Shown in pieces: positions 1 to 9,715 of a stretch of 64,000 nt of DNA. A program made the position numbers and the translations under genes. The notes beneath the pieces were generated by a model. That model made no database searches. It worked only from the letters and a program-made list of their open reading frames with translations, and was not told the DNA's origin. Source of the stretch: Candidatus Latescibacterota bacterium (GTDB taxonomy: Bacteria; Latescibacterota; UBA2968; UBA8231); NCBI GenBank assembly GCA_965261395.1, contig OZ253462.1:3680001-3744000 (forward strand), in the 5' to 3' direction. Within the stretch, counting starts at the first letter, position 1; each line of letters starts with the position of its first letter.

Positions 1-66
1 AAAAAAAGCACGTCCAAACATTGATTAGCTCTTGAGGCGGTGGTGTCAACTTTAGACATTATAGTC

Positions 67-485
67 ATGCAACGGGCATACCGATTTAGGCTTTATCCAA
101 CTCAAGAGCAAGACGACCTTCTCAACGTCCTCCGGTACCAGTCTTGCGTTCTCTATAACGAGGCGTTGGATGTTCGCAAGAAAGCCTATCGGACTAAGGG
201 ACAGACGCTCAACTTTGTCTCCCTCTGGAGTCGCTTTAAGGCCGACAGAAAAGAGCGGCCCGAAGACTTTGGTCTCTTGAATGCAACGCAAGTTCGTCCT
301 TACTCAGCGATTGGGACGTTGGTATGTTCAAAGCTATGGTCGGTTACAAGGCTGAAAGTGCTGGTTGCCAGCTTGTAGCTATTGACCCTAAGAACACCTC
401 TCAGCAGTGCTCTCGATGCGATGCTTGGGCGAGGAAGTCTTTGGCCGTTCGTGTGCACAAATTCTCCCGCCCTCCCCATCCTTAG
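67..485 (+). pseudogene. tnpB: Internally deleted IS200/IS605-family tnpB remnant
   Basis: 67-~290 encodes the TnpB N-terminus (MQRAYRFRLYPTQEQ...LYNEAL). A different frame (303-485) encodes LSDWDVGMFKAMVGYKAESAGCQLVAIDPKNTSQQCSRC..KSLAVRVHK, which is TnpB C-terminal/zinc-finger-like. The central region and final RuvC motif are missing. Confidence 0.85.
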
Positions 486-677
486 CCAATGCCCATCCTC
501 GCCGCTGTATTGCTCTTCCTTGGCTGCCGCGCCGCTCTCCTAGAAGCCGCCCTCGCCGACCGAAGCCCCGACCCCAGCTCCCGATGTACGGCAAGGTACC
601 TTCGCTAAATGTCCACGTAGCCGGGGCCTTGGTGGCGTATCAGGCGTTGCTGGGGCGGCGCTAGGAAAGGACTGGTC

Positions 678-2642
678 TTGCTCCGACGAGTACCGGCTGC
701 CTATCGCCGGCGCGTAGTGCGCCGCGACCAGACCACGGGCCGGGGTGTTACGGGGCGCGCCCTGCTCACCGGCGGCCTCTTGGCTGCCCTGATCGCCGTG
801 GGTGTGCCCTATGGGAGCATGGTGGTGCAAGGGTCGCGGCTGGGGCTTTCGTCGGCGACGCCGGCGGCGTTTTTCTTGTTGTTCGTACTGTTGGGGACCG
901 TGCAGGTGGCTCTGGGGGCTATGCGGCGGGAGTGGGCGTTTGGTCGCGGCGAGTTGGTGACGATCTTTGCGATGATGGCGGTGGCCACGGCCATTCCCAC
1001 GCGCGGGGTGGTAGGGATGCTGCTGCCGATGATTACCGGCACCTTCTACTACGCCACCCCGGAAAACCAGTGGGCCGAGCTGATCCATCCCCACTTGGCC
1101 GACTGGATGGTCGTCGCGGATCCAGAGGCTATCCGGGACTTTTACGAGGGCGTGGGGCGCGATGCGCCGATCCCTTGGGACGCCTGGTTGGTGCCCTTGG
1201 GGCGCTGGCTGGCGTTTTACGCGGCGTTCTATCTGGCCTTGATATGCCTGATGAATATCCTGCGCCGCCCGTGGGTCGATAACGAGCGGCTGGCCTACCC
1301 TTTAGCGCAAGTGCCGTTGGCCATGATCCAAGGCGCGGAGGAAAGCCGGGTCGCGCCCTTTTTCCGCCAGCGCCTCGTCTGGCTGGGCTTGGCCATTCCC
1401 TTTGTCCTCGGCAGTTTAGAAGCCCTGCATCACTACTTCCCCGCCATGCCCTCGCCCGTGCTGGAGACGCGGCTGTCGCTGCTGCGGCAGATCGTCGTCC
1501 TGCACCTCGACATCAACTTCCTGATGCTCGGCTTCGCCTACCTCATCGGCGTCCAACTGTCCTTTAGCCTTTGGGTTTTCTATCTGCTCCACGCCCTGCA
1601 AGAGGGCCTGCTCCGCAGTCTGCATTTGCACCACACCGCTGAGTTGGGGACGTGGTCCGATGCGGGGATGGGGCACCAGATGATAGGGGCCTGCGCCGTG
1701 CTCGTCGCTTATAGCTTATGGACGGCCCGTGCCCATCTGGCCGAGGTTGGCCGCCGCTTTTTGCGCCCTGGGAAAGACGAAGGGGAAATGGCGTCCTATC
1801 GTTTCTCCGTCGTCGGCTTGGTTTTGGGTGCGGTGGGCATGGTGTTGTGGCTGTGGCAGAGCGGGTTGTCGGTGTGGATTGCCGCGCTGGTGGTGGCGGT
1901 GGCACTGGGCCTTTTGGTCGCGCTAACGCGCATCGTCGCCGAGGCTGGTACCCCCACCATTACTCCGGGCATGGTCCCCGCTGGGTTTACTGTCAGTGCC
2001 GTTGGTGTACCGGTTTTGGGTGCGCCGGGCGTGGTGGCGCTGGGCTATACCTTCGTCTGGATCGGCGACCTGCTGGTTTTTATGACGGCCCCCTTGGCCA
2101 ATAGTCTGCGCTTGGGCAGCGAATTGGCGGGCGACCGCCGCCGGTTGCTTTGGGGCTTGGCCGCGGCCATGCTCATCAGCCTTTTGCTATCGACCTGGTA
2201 CACGCTGCGCTTGGCCTATACGCACGGAGCCGTCAACCTCCACCAGCAGTACTTTTCTACCTTTGCGGCCGAGCCATCCAAGTTCGCCGCGCAAAAACTA
2301 CTCCATCCTACCGGCCCGGACGCCATTGGCTGGCTGTGGACCGGTGGCGGTGCCTTGCTGATGAGTCTTCTTATTGGTGCGCGCAACCACTGGGCTTGGT
2401 GGCCGCTGCATCCTTTGGGCTTTGCCGCGAGTATGGGCTGGGTCATGAACCATATCTGGTGCTCGATTTTTCTCGCTTGGTTCGTCAAGACCTTGGTGCT
2501 CCGCTTTGGGGGCGCGGCTCTCTACCACAAGACCGTGCCCTTCTTTCTCGGCATAGCCCTCGGCCAGATCGTCACTGCGGGGATCTGGCTCGTCGTAGAT
2601 GGGTTCACTGGGGCGGTGGGCAACCGCCTGCCGGTGTATTAA
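678..2642 (+). CDS. DUF6785/DUF6784-type polytopic membrane protein (putative OPT-like transporter), paralog 1
   Basis: 654 aa, many TM segments; motifs YYATPENQW, ERLAYPL, WWPLHPLGF, LRFGG..Y..PFFLG shared with paralogs at 9716 and 43969. Confidence 0.75.
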   Translation: MLRRVPAAYRRRVVRRDQTTGRGVTGRALLTGGLLAALIAVGVPYGSMVVQGSRLGLSSATPAAFFLLFVLLGTVQVALGAMRREWAFGRGELVTIFAMMAVATAIPTRGVVGMLLPMITGTFYYATPENQWAELIHPHLADWMVVADPEAIRDFYEGVGRDAPIPWDAWLVPLGRWLAFYAAFYLALICLMNILRRPWVDNERLAYPLAQVPLAMIQGAEESRVAPFFRQRLVWLGLAIPFVLGSLEALHHYFPAMPSPVLETRLSLLRQIVVLHLDINFLMLGFAYLIGVQLSFSLWVFYLLHALQEGLLRSLHLHHTAELGTWSDAGMGHQMIGACAVLVAYSLWTARAHLAEVGRRFLRPGKDEGEMASYRFSVVGLVLGAVGMVLWLWQSGLSVWIAALVVAVALGLLVALTRIVAEAGTPTITPGMVPAGFTVSAVGVPVLGAPGVVALGYTFVWIGDLLVFMTAPLANSLRLGSELAGDRRRLLWGLAAAMLISLLLSTWYTLRLAYTHGAVNLHQQYFSTFAAEPSKFAAQKLLHPTGPDAIGWLWTGGGALLMSLLIGARNHWAWWPLHPLGFAASMGWVMNHIWCSIFLAWFVKTLVLRFGGAALYHKTVPFFLGIALGQIVTAGIWLVVDGFTGAVGNRLPVY

Positions 2643-2756
2643 TTTGTGTGTGACGGAAGGATGCAAAACACAATGACGACAGCGCGACAGAGACGGACAT
2701 ATGTGGTTGTGCAGGAGGGGAGCGCATCGGCTGGCAGGCTTGAGACCACTCAACAG

Positions 2757-2773
2757 GTAATTACTATAATTAC
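2757..2773 (+). promoter_or_regulatory. Palindromic operator overlapping a TATAAT -10 box upstream of the mazEF-like pair
   Basis: GTAATTA-CTA-TAATTAC inverted repeat containing TATAAT, 30 bp before the antitoxin start. Confidence 0.5.
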
Positions 2774-2803
2774 AATTATTCTTTTCAGGAGAAATTCCAA
2801 GCA

Positions 2804-3046
2804 ATGACAACCAGAGATGTCAAACTGATCGCCATCGGCAACTCTAAGGGCATTCGTCTTCCCAAGGCCCTACTGCAGAAATACGGCTGGGGAGACTCCC
2901 TCGTCCTCGAAGAAACCGAAGAAGGAATCTTTCTGTACAGCAACGAAAAGAACAAGCTCTCTTGGAAAGAAACCTACCGCGCCATGGCGGCTGACCGCGA
3001 AGACTGGGGCGATCTCGACACCACGGTCGCCGATGGTCTCGATTAA
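2804..3046 (+). CDS. AbrB/MazE/SpoVT-family antitoxin
   Basis: IGNSKGIRLPK swapped-hairpin motif, 80 aa, stop overlaps toxin start (TAATG). Confidence 0.9.
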   Translation: MTTRDVKLIAIGNSKGIRLPKALLQKYGWGDSLVLEETEEGIFLYSNEKNKLSWKETYRAMAADREDWGDLDTTVADGLD

Positions 3047-3378
3047 TGGCGGATTTTCCGCAGCGATACGCTATCTATTTCGCCGATCTCAATCCCACCG
3101 CGGGGGGAGAAATCCGCAAGGTGCGTCCGGTGGTGGTGGTCAGTCAGAATGAGATGAATCAGTTTCTCGATACGGTCGTCGTCTGTCCTCTCTCCTCCGC
3201 ATTGCATCCTCAGTGGCGGAGCCGATTGCAGATCCAATGCGCGGGCAAGAAAGCTGAAATTGCCGTGGACCAGATCCGCACCATTAGCAAGCAGCGGCTG
3301 AGGGACCAGATCGACAGGTTGTCCGCCGAGACGGCGGCCCAACTACGCCGCCTTGGCACGGAGATGTACGGAGAATAG
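3046..3378 (+). CDS. PemK/MazF-family endoribonuclease toxin
   Basis: ADLNPTAGGEIRKVRPVVVVS and DQIRTISKQRL motifs. Confidence 0.9.
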   Translation: MADFPQRYAIYFADLNPTAGGEIRKVRPVVVVSQNEMNQFLDTVVVCPLSSALHPQWRSRLQIQCAGKKAEIAVDQIRTISKQRLRDQIDRLSAETAAQLRRLGTEMYGE

Positions 3379-3642
3379 CGATCGCACCAAGTCCACTGGT
3401 ATTGAGGCAAACGCTTCTCCATGATCACCATCACGGAATCCATTGTGGAAGATGCCGCTACCGCGAGTTGGTGCGGCTGTGCCGACGATAACGACGCCCA
3501 CGGTGCCATCGCTGAAACGCCACGCAGGCCGTCCTAGCACAGGCCGAAGTGCTGTCGGAAGGATGGGCTGCCTAGGCAACAATTGAAAGAAAGGCAGAAA
3601 CGCCTTACTTTTGGTGATAGTAGTCAACTAGGAGCCGGAGCC

Positions 3643-3894
3643 ATGACCATCACGCTGACAGTCACCGCTAAAGGACAGATCACTCTCCGTAAAGAGGTGC
3701 TCAAGCATCTTGGGGTACAGCCCGGAGACAAGCTCAATGTCGATTTGTTGAAGGACGGACGAATGCAGATCAGGCCGAAGCGTGGGACGTCGGCTGCGAC
3801 GATCTTCGGCATGCTTGCCAAACCAGAAATGTCGCCTCTCTCCATCGACGAGCTGAACGAGACTGCTGCTGCCGGATGGGCGGGTGAGGAATGA
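3643..3894 (+). CDS. AbrB-family antitoxin (VapB-like)
   Basis: TVTAKGQITL motif; ATG at 3643 after GGAG; ATGA overlap with the PIN gene. Confidence 0.85.
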   Translation: MTITLTVTAKGQITLRKEVLKHLGVQPGDKLNVDLLKDGRMQIRPKRGTSAATIFGMLAKPEMSPLSIDELNETAAAGWAGEE

Positions 3895-4301
3895 ATATCA
3901 CTGCTGATACGAACGTCTTGGTACGTATAGTCATGCAAGATGACGCAGAACAGGCCACAGTAGCCCAAGCGTTGTTCCTACAGGCGACCGTCATAGCGAT
4001 ATCCGTTCCAGTATTCTGTGAGTTTGCTTGGGTGCTGAAACGCGGATACGCCTCCAGTGTTAATGACATCGTCTCAGCAATTGAGGCGATTGTCAGAGTC
4101 GATGCTGTTGTTACTGATCTGCCGGCGGTCGAGGCGGGACTAACTGCTTTGCGGGCGGGCGGGGATTTTGCCGATGGTGCCCTCGCTTATCAAGGCGAAA
4201 CGCTTGGCGGGACCGTGTTCGCGAGTTTCGATCGCAACGCAGTCGCTCTTTTGCGCAACGAGGGAGCGGAAGCGGCCGACCCAGCGGAACTGATTGCCTG
4301 A
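3891..4301 (+). CDS. PIN-domain VapC-family toxin
   Basis: ADTNVLVR, E, DFADG and SFDR acidic PIN motifs. Confidence 0.9.
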   Translation: MNITADTNVLVRIVMQDDAEQATVAQALFLQATVIAISVPVFCEFAWVLKRGYASSVNDIVSAIEAIVRVDAVVTDLPAVEAGLTALRAGGDFADGALAYQGETLGGTVFASFDRNAVALLRNEGAEAADPAELIA

Positions 4302-4335
4302 CGTTTGGCCATCCCGACATATACGGCATTTCGCT

Positions 4336-4908
4336 ATGAATACGACGCGCAAAAGCCCCATCGCCCATCTCGTCGCCGACGCACCCGCTCCGGTGCAAGC
4401 CGCTTTGCACCATCCGGTTGATATGGTCAAGCTCGGGGCCAAAGGTCCGCGCTTGATCGAGTGGGCCGAGCAGCACGCGCTCGGCCTGCCAGCGCGGATG
4501 TACGACACGCGGCCCGTGGGAGCGGATGGGGTTTTGGCGCGAGTGGGCACGGGCGAGCTGATCTTGGAGTGCCAGCCTGGAGACGAGCTTTGGGCGCGTC
4601 TGAATGCGGCGTTGGAAGCTGCCGAGGCCGGGGTCTATCGGGTGGAGCAGCAGTCGGTGACCTTGGTGGTGCGAGGGGATGATGCCGAGGGCATTTTGGC
4701 GCAGGCTTGCGCAGTGGATTTGGCTCGTGAGCCAGTAGGGCGGATGGTGTACACGCAGGTGGCCGGGGCGGCTTGCGGGGTGCTGCCGCACGACGAGGAT
4801 GGGCAGCGCGCGTACCGCCTGTGGGTCGATTACAGCTTAGCGGCCTATCTGTGGGAAGCGCTCGCCGCCATTGCCGAGGATATCATTTGCGCCAAAACGC
4901 CGGACTGA
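4336..4908 (+). CDS. Sarcosine oxidase gamma-subunit-like / aminomethyltransferase folate-binding protein
   Basis: ILAQACAVDL and YRLWVDYSLAAYLWEAL resemble the SoxG/MgdD C-terminus; partner subunits are not in the window. Confidence 0.6.
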   Translation: MNTTRKSPIAHLVADAPAPVQAALHHPVDMVKLGAKGPRLIEWAEQHALGLPARMYDTRPVGADGVLARVGTGELILECQPGDELWARLNAALEAAEAGVYRVEQQSVTLVVRGDDAEGILAQACAVDLAREPVGRMVYTQVAGAACGVLPHDEDGQRAYRLWVDYSLAAYLWEALAAIAEDIICAKTPD

Positions 4909-6331
4909 ACAGCACCAGGAGCGTAAAAACCTCCAGCCGCCCAATCAGCATGGCAAAGCACAGGATCCACTTGGCGACCGAATTGATGTCGCCGTAGTGG
5001 AGGGCGACTTGCCCCAGGCCCGGTCCTAAGTTGTTGATACAGGCGGCTACCGCTGAAAAGGCCGTAGTCAGATCCAAATCGGTGGCGAGCACGGCGATGA
5101 ACATGATCGTGAACGCCAGCACGTACACTGAGAAAAACCCCCACACCGCTTCCATGACCCGATCGGGAACAGCCCGCTGCCCCACCTTGATGGGGAGGAC
5201 CGCGTTGGGGTGGATCAGGCGCGTGATCTCTCGGCTTCCCTGCTTTAGAATGAGCAACAGACGCATCACTTTTATGCCCCCTGCCGTCGAGCCGGCGCAG
5301 CCGCCGGTAAACGAGCCGAGGAACAATAAAAACGGCAGCACGCTGGGCCAGACCGAATGGTCCGCAATGCTAAACCCCGTGGTGGTGACAATGGACACGG
5401 TGGCGAAGAGTCCGTAGCGCAGGGACGCGACGGCGTCGTGCTCGTTGTGTGTAAAGAGTATCAGCCAGGCAATTAGGGTGGTGATTAGCAAAATGGCCAA
5501 GTATGTGCGGCATTCAGGGTCGGTACGGTACGAGTGCAGCGACCGCTGGCGAAAGGCGTAGAAGTGCAACGTGAAGTTTATGCCCGATAGCACGATAAAA
5601 AAGACGGCGACTAGCTCGATGGCTTGGCTGTTAAAAAAGCCGATACTGGCGTCGTGAGTTGAAAAACCGCCGATGGCAACCGTTGAAAAGCTGTGGGCAA
5701 TGGCATCGAATGGTTCCATGCCGGCCAGCCAATAGGCCAAGGCACAGGCCACGGTTAAACTCAAATAGATGTACCACAGGGCCTTGGCGGTATGGGTGAT
5801 CCTCGGCGTCAGCCTTGAATCCTTAATGGGGCCGGTGATCTCGGCGCGAAAAAGCTGCATGCCGCCGATGCCGAGCATGGGCAACACGGCGATGGCGAGG
5901 ACGATGATGCCCATGCCGCCCAACCACTGGAGCTGCTGGCGGTAGAACAGGATGGATCGGGGTAGGTCGTCTAGGCCCTGGATGACGGTAGCACCGGTCG
6001 TGGTCAGGCCAGAGAGGGATTCAAATACAGCGTCGGTAAAGCTCAGATGCGGCTGGTCGGACAACATCAGCGGGAAGGAGCCGTACAAGCCCAAGACGGT
6101 CCAGAACAAAACCGTTACCAAAAAGCCGTCCCTGATCCGCAACTCGGCGCGCTGCCTGCGCACGGGCAACCAGCACGCCAGCCCGGTGACGAGCGTAATG
6201 ACAAAGGCCAACAGAAAGGCGGTTGCCGCTCCATCGCGGTAGAGGAGGGATACGCCGGCGGGCACTAACATGGTGACGCTAAACAGCGTCAGCAGGACGC
6301 CCAGCACCCGAAATGTCCCCGCGGGGTGCAT
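4883..6331 (-). CDS. trkH: Trk potassium uptake membrane protein
   Basis: [32 protein letters not shown] and GRLE motifs. Confidence 0.95.
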   Translation of the reverse strand: MHPAGTFRVLGVLLTLFSVTMLVPAGVSLLYRDGAATAFLLAFVITLVTGLACWLPVRRQRAELRIRDGFLVTVLFWTVLGLYGSFPLMLSDQPHLSFTDAVFESLSGLTTTGATVIQGLDDLPRSILFYRQQLQWLGGMGIIVLAIAVLPMLGIGGMQLFRAEITGPIKDSRLTPRITHTAKALWYIYLSLTVACALAYWLAGMEPFDAIAHSFSTVAIGGFSTHDASIGFFNSQAIELVAVFFIVLSGINFTLHFYAFRQRSLHSYRTDPECRTYLAILLITTLIAWLILFTHNEHDAVASLRYGLFATVSIVTTTGFSIADHSVWPSVLPFLLFLGSFTGGCAGSTAGGIKVMRLLLILKQGSREITRLIHPNAVLPIKVGQRAVPDRVMEAVWGFFSVYVLAFTIMFIAVLATDLDLTTAFSAVAACINNLGPGLGQVALHYGDINSVAKWILCFAMLIGRLEVFTLLVLFSPAFWRK

Positions 6332-6339
6332 ACGTTAGT

Positions 6340-7683
6340 TCACCCCCCGAAGATCTTTCTCACTTCCTCATGGACGTAGTGCCGGGCGAAGACCACGGCT
6401 TTGTCGCCGGACTGGATGCGCGTGTCTCCGCGAGGGATGATCACGCTATCGCCGTGGACGACGGCTCCGATGATCGAATCCTTGGGCAGGCGGATGGAGA
6501 TCAGGGGTTTTTGGGTGATCTTGCTGCCGCCGTGGGCGATGTACTCGACGGCTTCTACGTCGAGGCCGGGTAGGCTGGCGATGGAGGCGATGCGCTGGTG
6601 CCGCACGTAGCGCTGGACGGCGTTGACGGTCAAAAGCTGTTTGCTCAACACCGAATCTAGGCCGATGGCTGGGGTGATGGGCATGTAATCGACGTTGTTG
6701 ACCAAGGCGATGGCGCGCGGCACTTCAAGGTGCTTGGCGACTAGCGTCGAGATGATGTTGACTTCGTCGTTGCCGGTAACGGCGATGAAGGCGTCCATGT
6801 CGGGGAGGCCCTCGACGGCCAACAGATCGTAGTCCGTGCCGTCGCCTTGGATGACCAACACGTTGGCGAGTTGATCGGCGATTTGCCGGGACCGATCGGC
6901 GCGGCTTTCGATGAGCTTGATGCGCATCTGCGAGGCAAGCTCCCGGGCGACGAACTGGCCGATTAGGCCGCCGCCGAGGATCACAATATCCTCGATGCGG
7001 TGGTCGGCGAGACCGGTCAAGCTAATCACGGAGGGAATGAAGTCGGGATCGCTGATGACGAAGATCCGGTCCTCTGGCAGCAGCGTGGTGTTGCCGCTGG
7101 GGATCAAGGTCTGCTGCTTGCGCTGGATGGCGACGATGCGCATGGGAATGTCGGCAAGCTGTCGCCCCAATTCGGCTAAAGGAGCGTGGAGCAAGGAGGA
7201 CTGGTGGTTGAGGCGCATGCCGAGCAAGACCAGCTTGCCTTCGGCAAACTCGACCAGATCGGTGGCACTGGACTGGCGGATGAGGCGGACGATGGCGTCG
7301 GCAGTTTCCTTCTCGGGGTGGATGAACTGATCGACGCCAAGTTCTTGGGGGCTGAAGATAAAGTCGGGGGCGGCGAATTCGGGGTTGCGGATGCGGGCGA
7401 TGGTGGATTCGACACCCAGCTTCTTGGCCATTCTACAGGCGAGCAGGTTGACCTCGTCGTTGGTGGTCATGGCGGCGACGAGATCTACCTTCTCGATGCC
7501 GATCCCGCGCAAGTCCTGCAAACTAGTGCCATTGCCCTCGGCAACGATGATGTCGAGCTGTTCGCTGACGCGCTTGACGCGACTGGGGTCGGTGTCAATC
7601 TGGGTAATATCGTGCCCGTCTTGGCTCAGTTGCTTGCTCAACTGGAAGCCGATGGCGCCGGCACCTATGACCAAAATGTGCAT
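6340..7683 (-). CDS. trkA: Trk potassium uptake NAD-binding RCK subunit
   Basis: Two GxGxxG RCK-N domains plus RCK-C domains, 447 aa, upstream of trkH. Confidence 0.95.
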   Translation of the reverse strand: MHILVIGAGAIGFQLSKQLSQDGHDITQIDTDPSRVKRVSEQLDIIVAEGNGTSLQDLRGIGIEKVDLVAAMTTNDEVNLLACRMAKKLGVESTIARIRNPEFAAPDFIFSPQELGVDQFIHPEKETADAIVRLIRQSSATDLVEFAEGKLVLLGMRLNHQSSLLHAPLAELGRQLADIPMRIVAIQRKQQTLIPSGNTTLLPEDRIFVISDPDFIPSVISLTGLADHRIEDIVILGGGLIGQFVARELASQMRIKLIESRADRSRQIADQLANVLVIQGDGTDYDLLAVEGLPDMDAFIAVTGNDEVNIISTLVAKHLEVPRAIALVNNVDYMPITPAIGLDSVLSKQLLTVNAVQRYVRHQRIASIASLPGLDVEAVEYIAHGGSKITQKPLISIRLPKDSIIGAVVHGDSVIIPRGDTRIQSGDKAVVFARHYVHEEVRKIFGG

Positions 7684-7752
7684 GGTTTTTAGTCGAATTT
7701 CGCTGCAAAATTAGAGTGTAGAAGCTAAAGATGATGTGCCCTCTGCGCTAAC

Positions 7753-8067
7753 TCAGTCGATGTGGAATACCTCGCTCAGGTCCTTGGCGCAGGGGCTGTC
7801 GTCCGGGTTGGAGGCCATGATGTCCTTCATGTAGGTCCACCACCGGCGGCAGTCCGGCGTCTCGGCAATGCGATTCCAGCGCTCCTCGTCCTCGAGTTCC
7901 ACGTAGGCAAAAAGCTGGTGGGTGTCTGCGTCGAGGAAGATGGAGTAGTTGTGGACGCCGTGTTCCACGAGGGTCTGTTCCAGCTCGGGCCAGATGGGGT
8001 TGTGGCGCTTTTCGTATTCGGCGTGTTGGTCGGGATTAACCTGCATGACAAAAGCTTTGCGGATCAT
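7753..8067 (-). CDS. rhaM: L-rhamnose mutarotase
   Basis: [42 protein letters not shown]. Confidence 0.93.
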   Translation of the reverse strand: MIRKAFVMQVNPDQHAEYEKRHNPIWPELEQTLVEHGVHNYSIFLDADTHQLFAYVELEDEERWNRIAETPDCRRWWTYMKDIMASNPDDSPCAKDLSEVFHID

Positions 8068-8089
8068 GGTGTCTCCTTGTTGGGGTAGG

Positions 8090-9559
8090 TTAGCGAATCA
8101 GGACCAATTTGCGCGTCAGGGTCGCGTTGGCGGTTTGCAAGCGGCACAGGTACACTCCGGTGGCGCGGCCGCTTCCGTTCCAAGAGACGGTGTGCCAACC
8201 AGCCGACTGCAGGCCTTGCGCCAAAACCGCTATCTGCTGCCCCTTGAGGTTGTACACGGCCAGCTCGACCGGCCCGGCCGCGTCCAGCGAAAAGCGGATG
8301 GAGGTGTGGCCGTTGAAGGGGTTGGGCGCGTTGGCGACGAGGGCCGTGCCACGGCTGGCCGCCGCGTCTTCAGCCTCAAGGGCCGTAGGGCGTGCGTCCG
8401 TCGTGAATTGGGCGAACCACAACTGGTAGTTGGGGTGGACGCCGGCGCTGAATACCACGGTAGGTCCTGGCGGCGCGAGACTGCCGCTGGCCGCGGAGAT
8501 ACCGTGCATGAAAAAGGTGGAGACCAGTCCGTGCTCCTCCAAATTCGGCAGAGGTTCCGTGCTCCAGCTCGCCCCGGCGTCCTCCGAGGTGTAGAGCCGC
8601 AGTTGCGCGCCGTAGGTGCTGGGAATCCACAGGCGCGTCGGCGCGTCGGGCGCGTGGAATATGGCCGCGACTTGCGAGGGGCTGAGGGCTTGGCCGCTCC
8701 AAGCTCGCGTCTGCGAATCGCGCTGGAAGATGTAGAGCTGGTTGGTCGCTTCCTCGTCGAGCTGGTACTGGCCGGTGACAAAGATGCGGCCGTCGGGCGT
8801 TCGCAGCATGGCCTCGCCAAAGGCCATCACGCCGTGCGCAAGTACTTCGGGTTGAGGTGGCTCCGCTGGTGCGTAGGGCACGTGCATGTAGAGGATGCGG
8901 TCGTAGCGGGCCGTTGGATCGGGCTGGTTGCTCACGAGCAGATGAACCCCGGTCGCGTCGGGCTGGACGACGGGGTACAGCCAAGTGGTAAAAGGCTCGT
9001 CTTGCCGCTGGGCCGGGGCCAAGACAAAGGGGCCGGTCCAAGTTTGCGCGCCCAAGTCGAGCACGGCCATTTGGAAGGTATAGGTGGCAGGGTCGCCGAT
9101 ATAGCCAATGACGAGCCGCTCCTCGTGGATCCCGGCGCCCATGTACCCGGCCTTGCCGATGGACGACGGCACGGGCAACGGCTCAAAGCGGTCGATCTGC
9201 CCCGGTTCGGTCGCCCGCAGCACGACGGGTGGGCCGTTGATGGTGGGGTAGATCAGGATGAGGCGCTGCTGGCCGTCGAGAAGCAATAGGCCCGGCTGGT
9301 AGTTGAGGCCGTCCCACGTATAACCGCGCTGCCAGTGGCCGTTTTCCAGCTTGTAGATCGCTCCCTGTGCCGTGGCCTGCTCGGGCCCCCACAGCCCCAG
9401 CGTGTAATAGGCCGTGCCGTCGAAGATTAGTTTGGGCGCGTTGTACCCCCAATAGGAGCTGACCCAAGCGACGCCCTCGTCGATTTTGGCTAGGTGCACA
9501 TCCACCTGGGTCCATCCCGGGTTGGCCCACAAGGCTAGGAGCAGTAGCCAGCGTAACAT
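8090..9559 (-). CDS. Secreted protein with BNR/Asp-box and C-terminal FlgD-like/T9SS-CTD-like Ig domain
   Basis: Signal peptide [18 protein letters not shown] (ATG 9559); TSEDAGASW Asp-box; NAPNPFN...GVYLCRL...RKLVLIR tail. Confidence 0.75.
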   Translation of the reverse strand: MLRWLLLLALWANPGWTQVDVHLAKIDEGVAWVSSYWGYNAPKLIFDGTAYYTLGLWGPEQATAQGAIYKLENGHWQRGYTWDGLNYQPGLLLLDGQQRLILIYPTINGPPVVLRATEPGQIDRFEPLPVPSSIGKAGYMGAGIHEERLVIGYIGDPATYTFQMAVLDLGAQTWTGPFVLAPAQRQDEPFTTWLYPVVQPDATGVHLLVSNQPDPTARYDRILYMHVPYAPAEPPQPEVLAHGVMAFGEAMLRTPDGRIFVTGQYQLDEEATNQLYIFQRDSQTRAWSGQALSPSQVAAIFHAPDAPTRLWIPSTYGAQLRLYTSEDAGASWSTEPLPNLEEHGLVSTFFMHGISAASGSLAPPGPTVVFSAGVHPNYQLWFAQFTTDARPTALEAEDAAASRGTALVANAPNPFNGHTSIRFSLDAAGPVELAVYNLKGQQIAVLAQGLQSAGWHTVSWNGSGRATGVYLCRLQTANATLTRKLVLIR

Positions 9560-9715
9560 GGGGTCGGGAGGTCGTCTAGCACGCAGCAATCGTCGCGCAT
9601 GATCTGTTCGCAGGGGGTCATGGCCGTTTGCTCCTTTTCTCAAAGCTGTGCCAAGTGTCCGGCATTTCGCCTGCTGAGTCAAATTACACGTATATTACGG
9701 CACAAAAAGGAGACT

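Noticed and set aside
40-378. Functional TnpB/Cas12f nuclease
   Set aside because: Central region and last RuvC motif are missing and the pieces are out of frame
4883-4908. Convergent 26-bp overlap of the soxG-like gene and trkH as a regulatory device
   Set aside because: Short 3' overlaps are common; no further evidence
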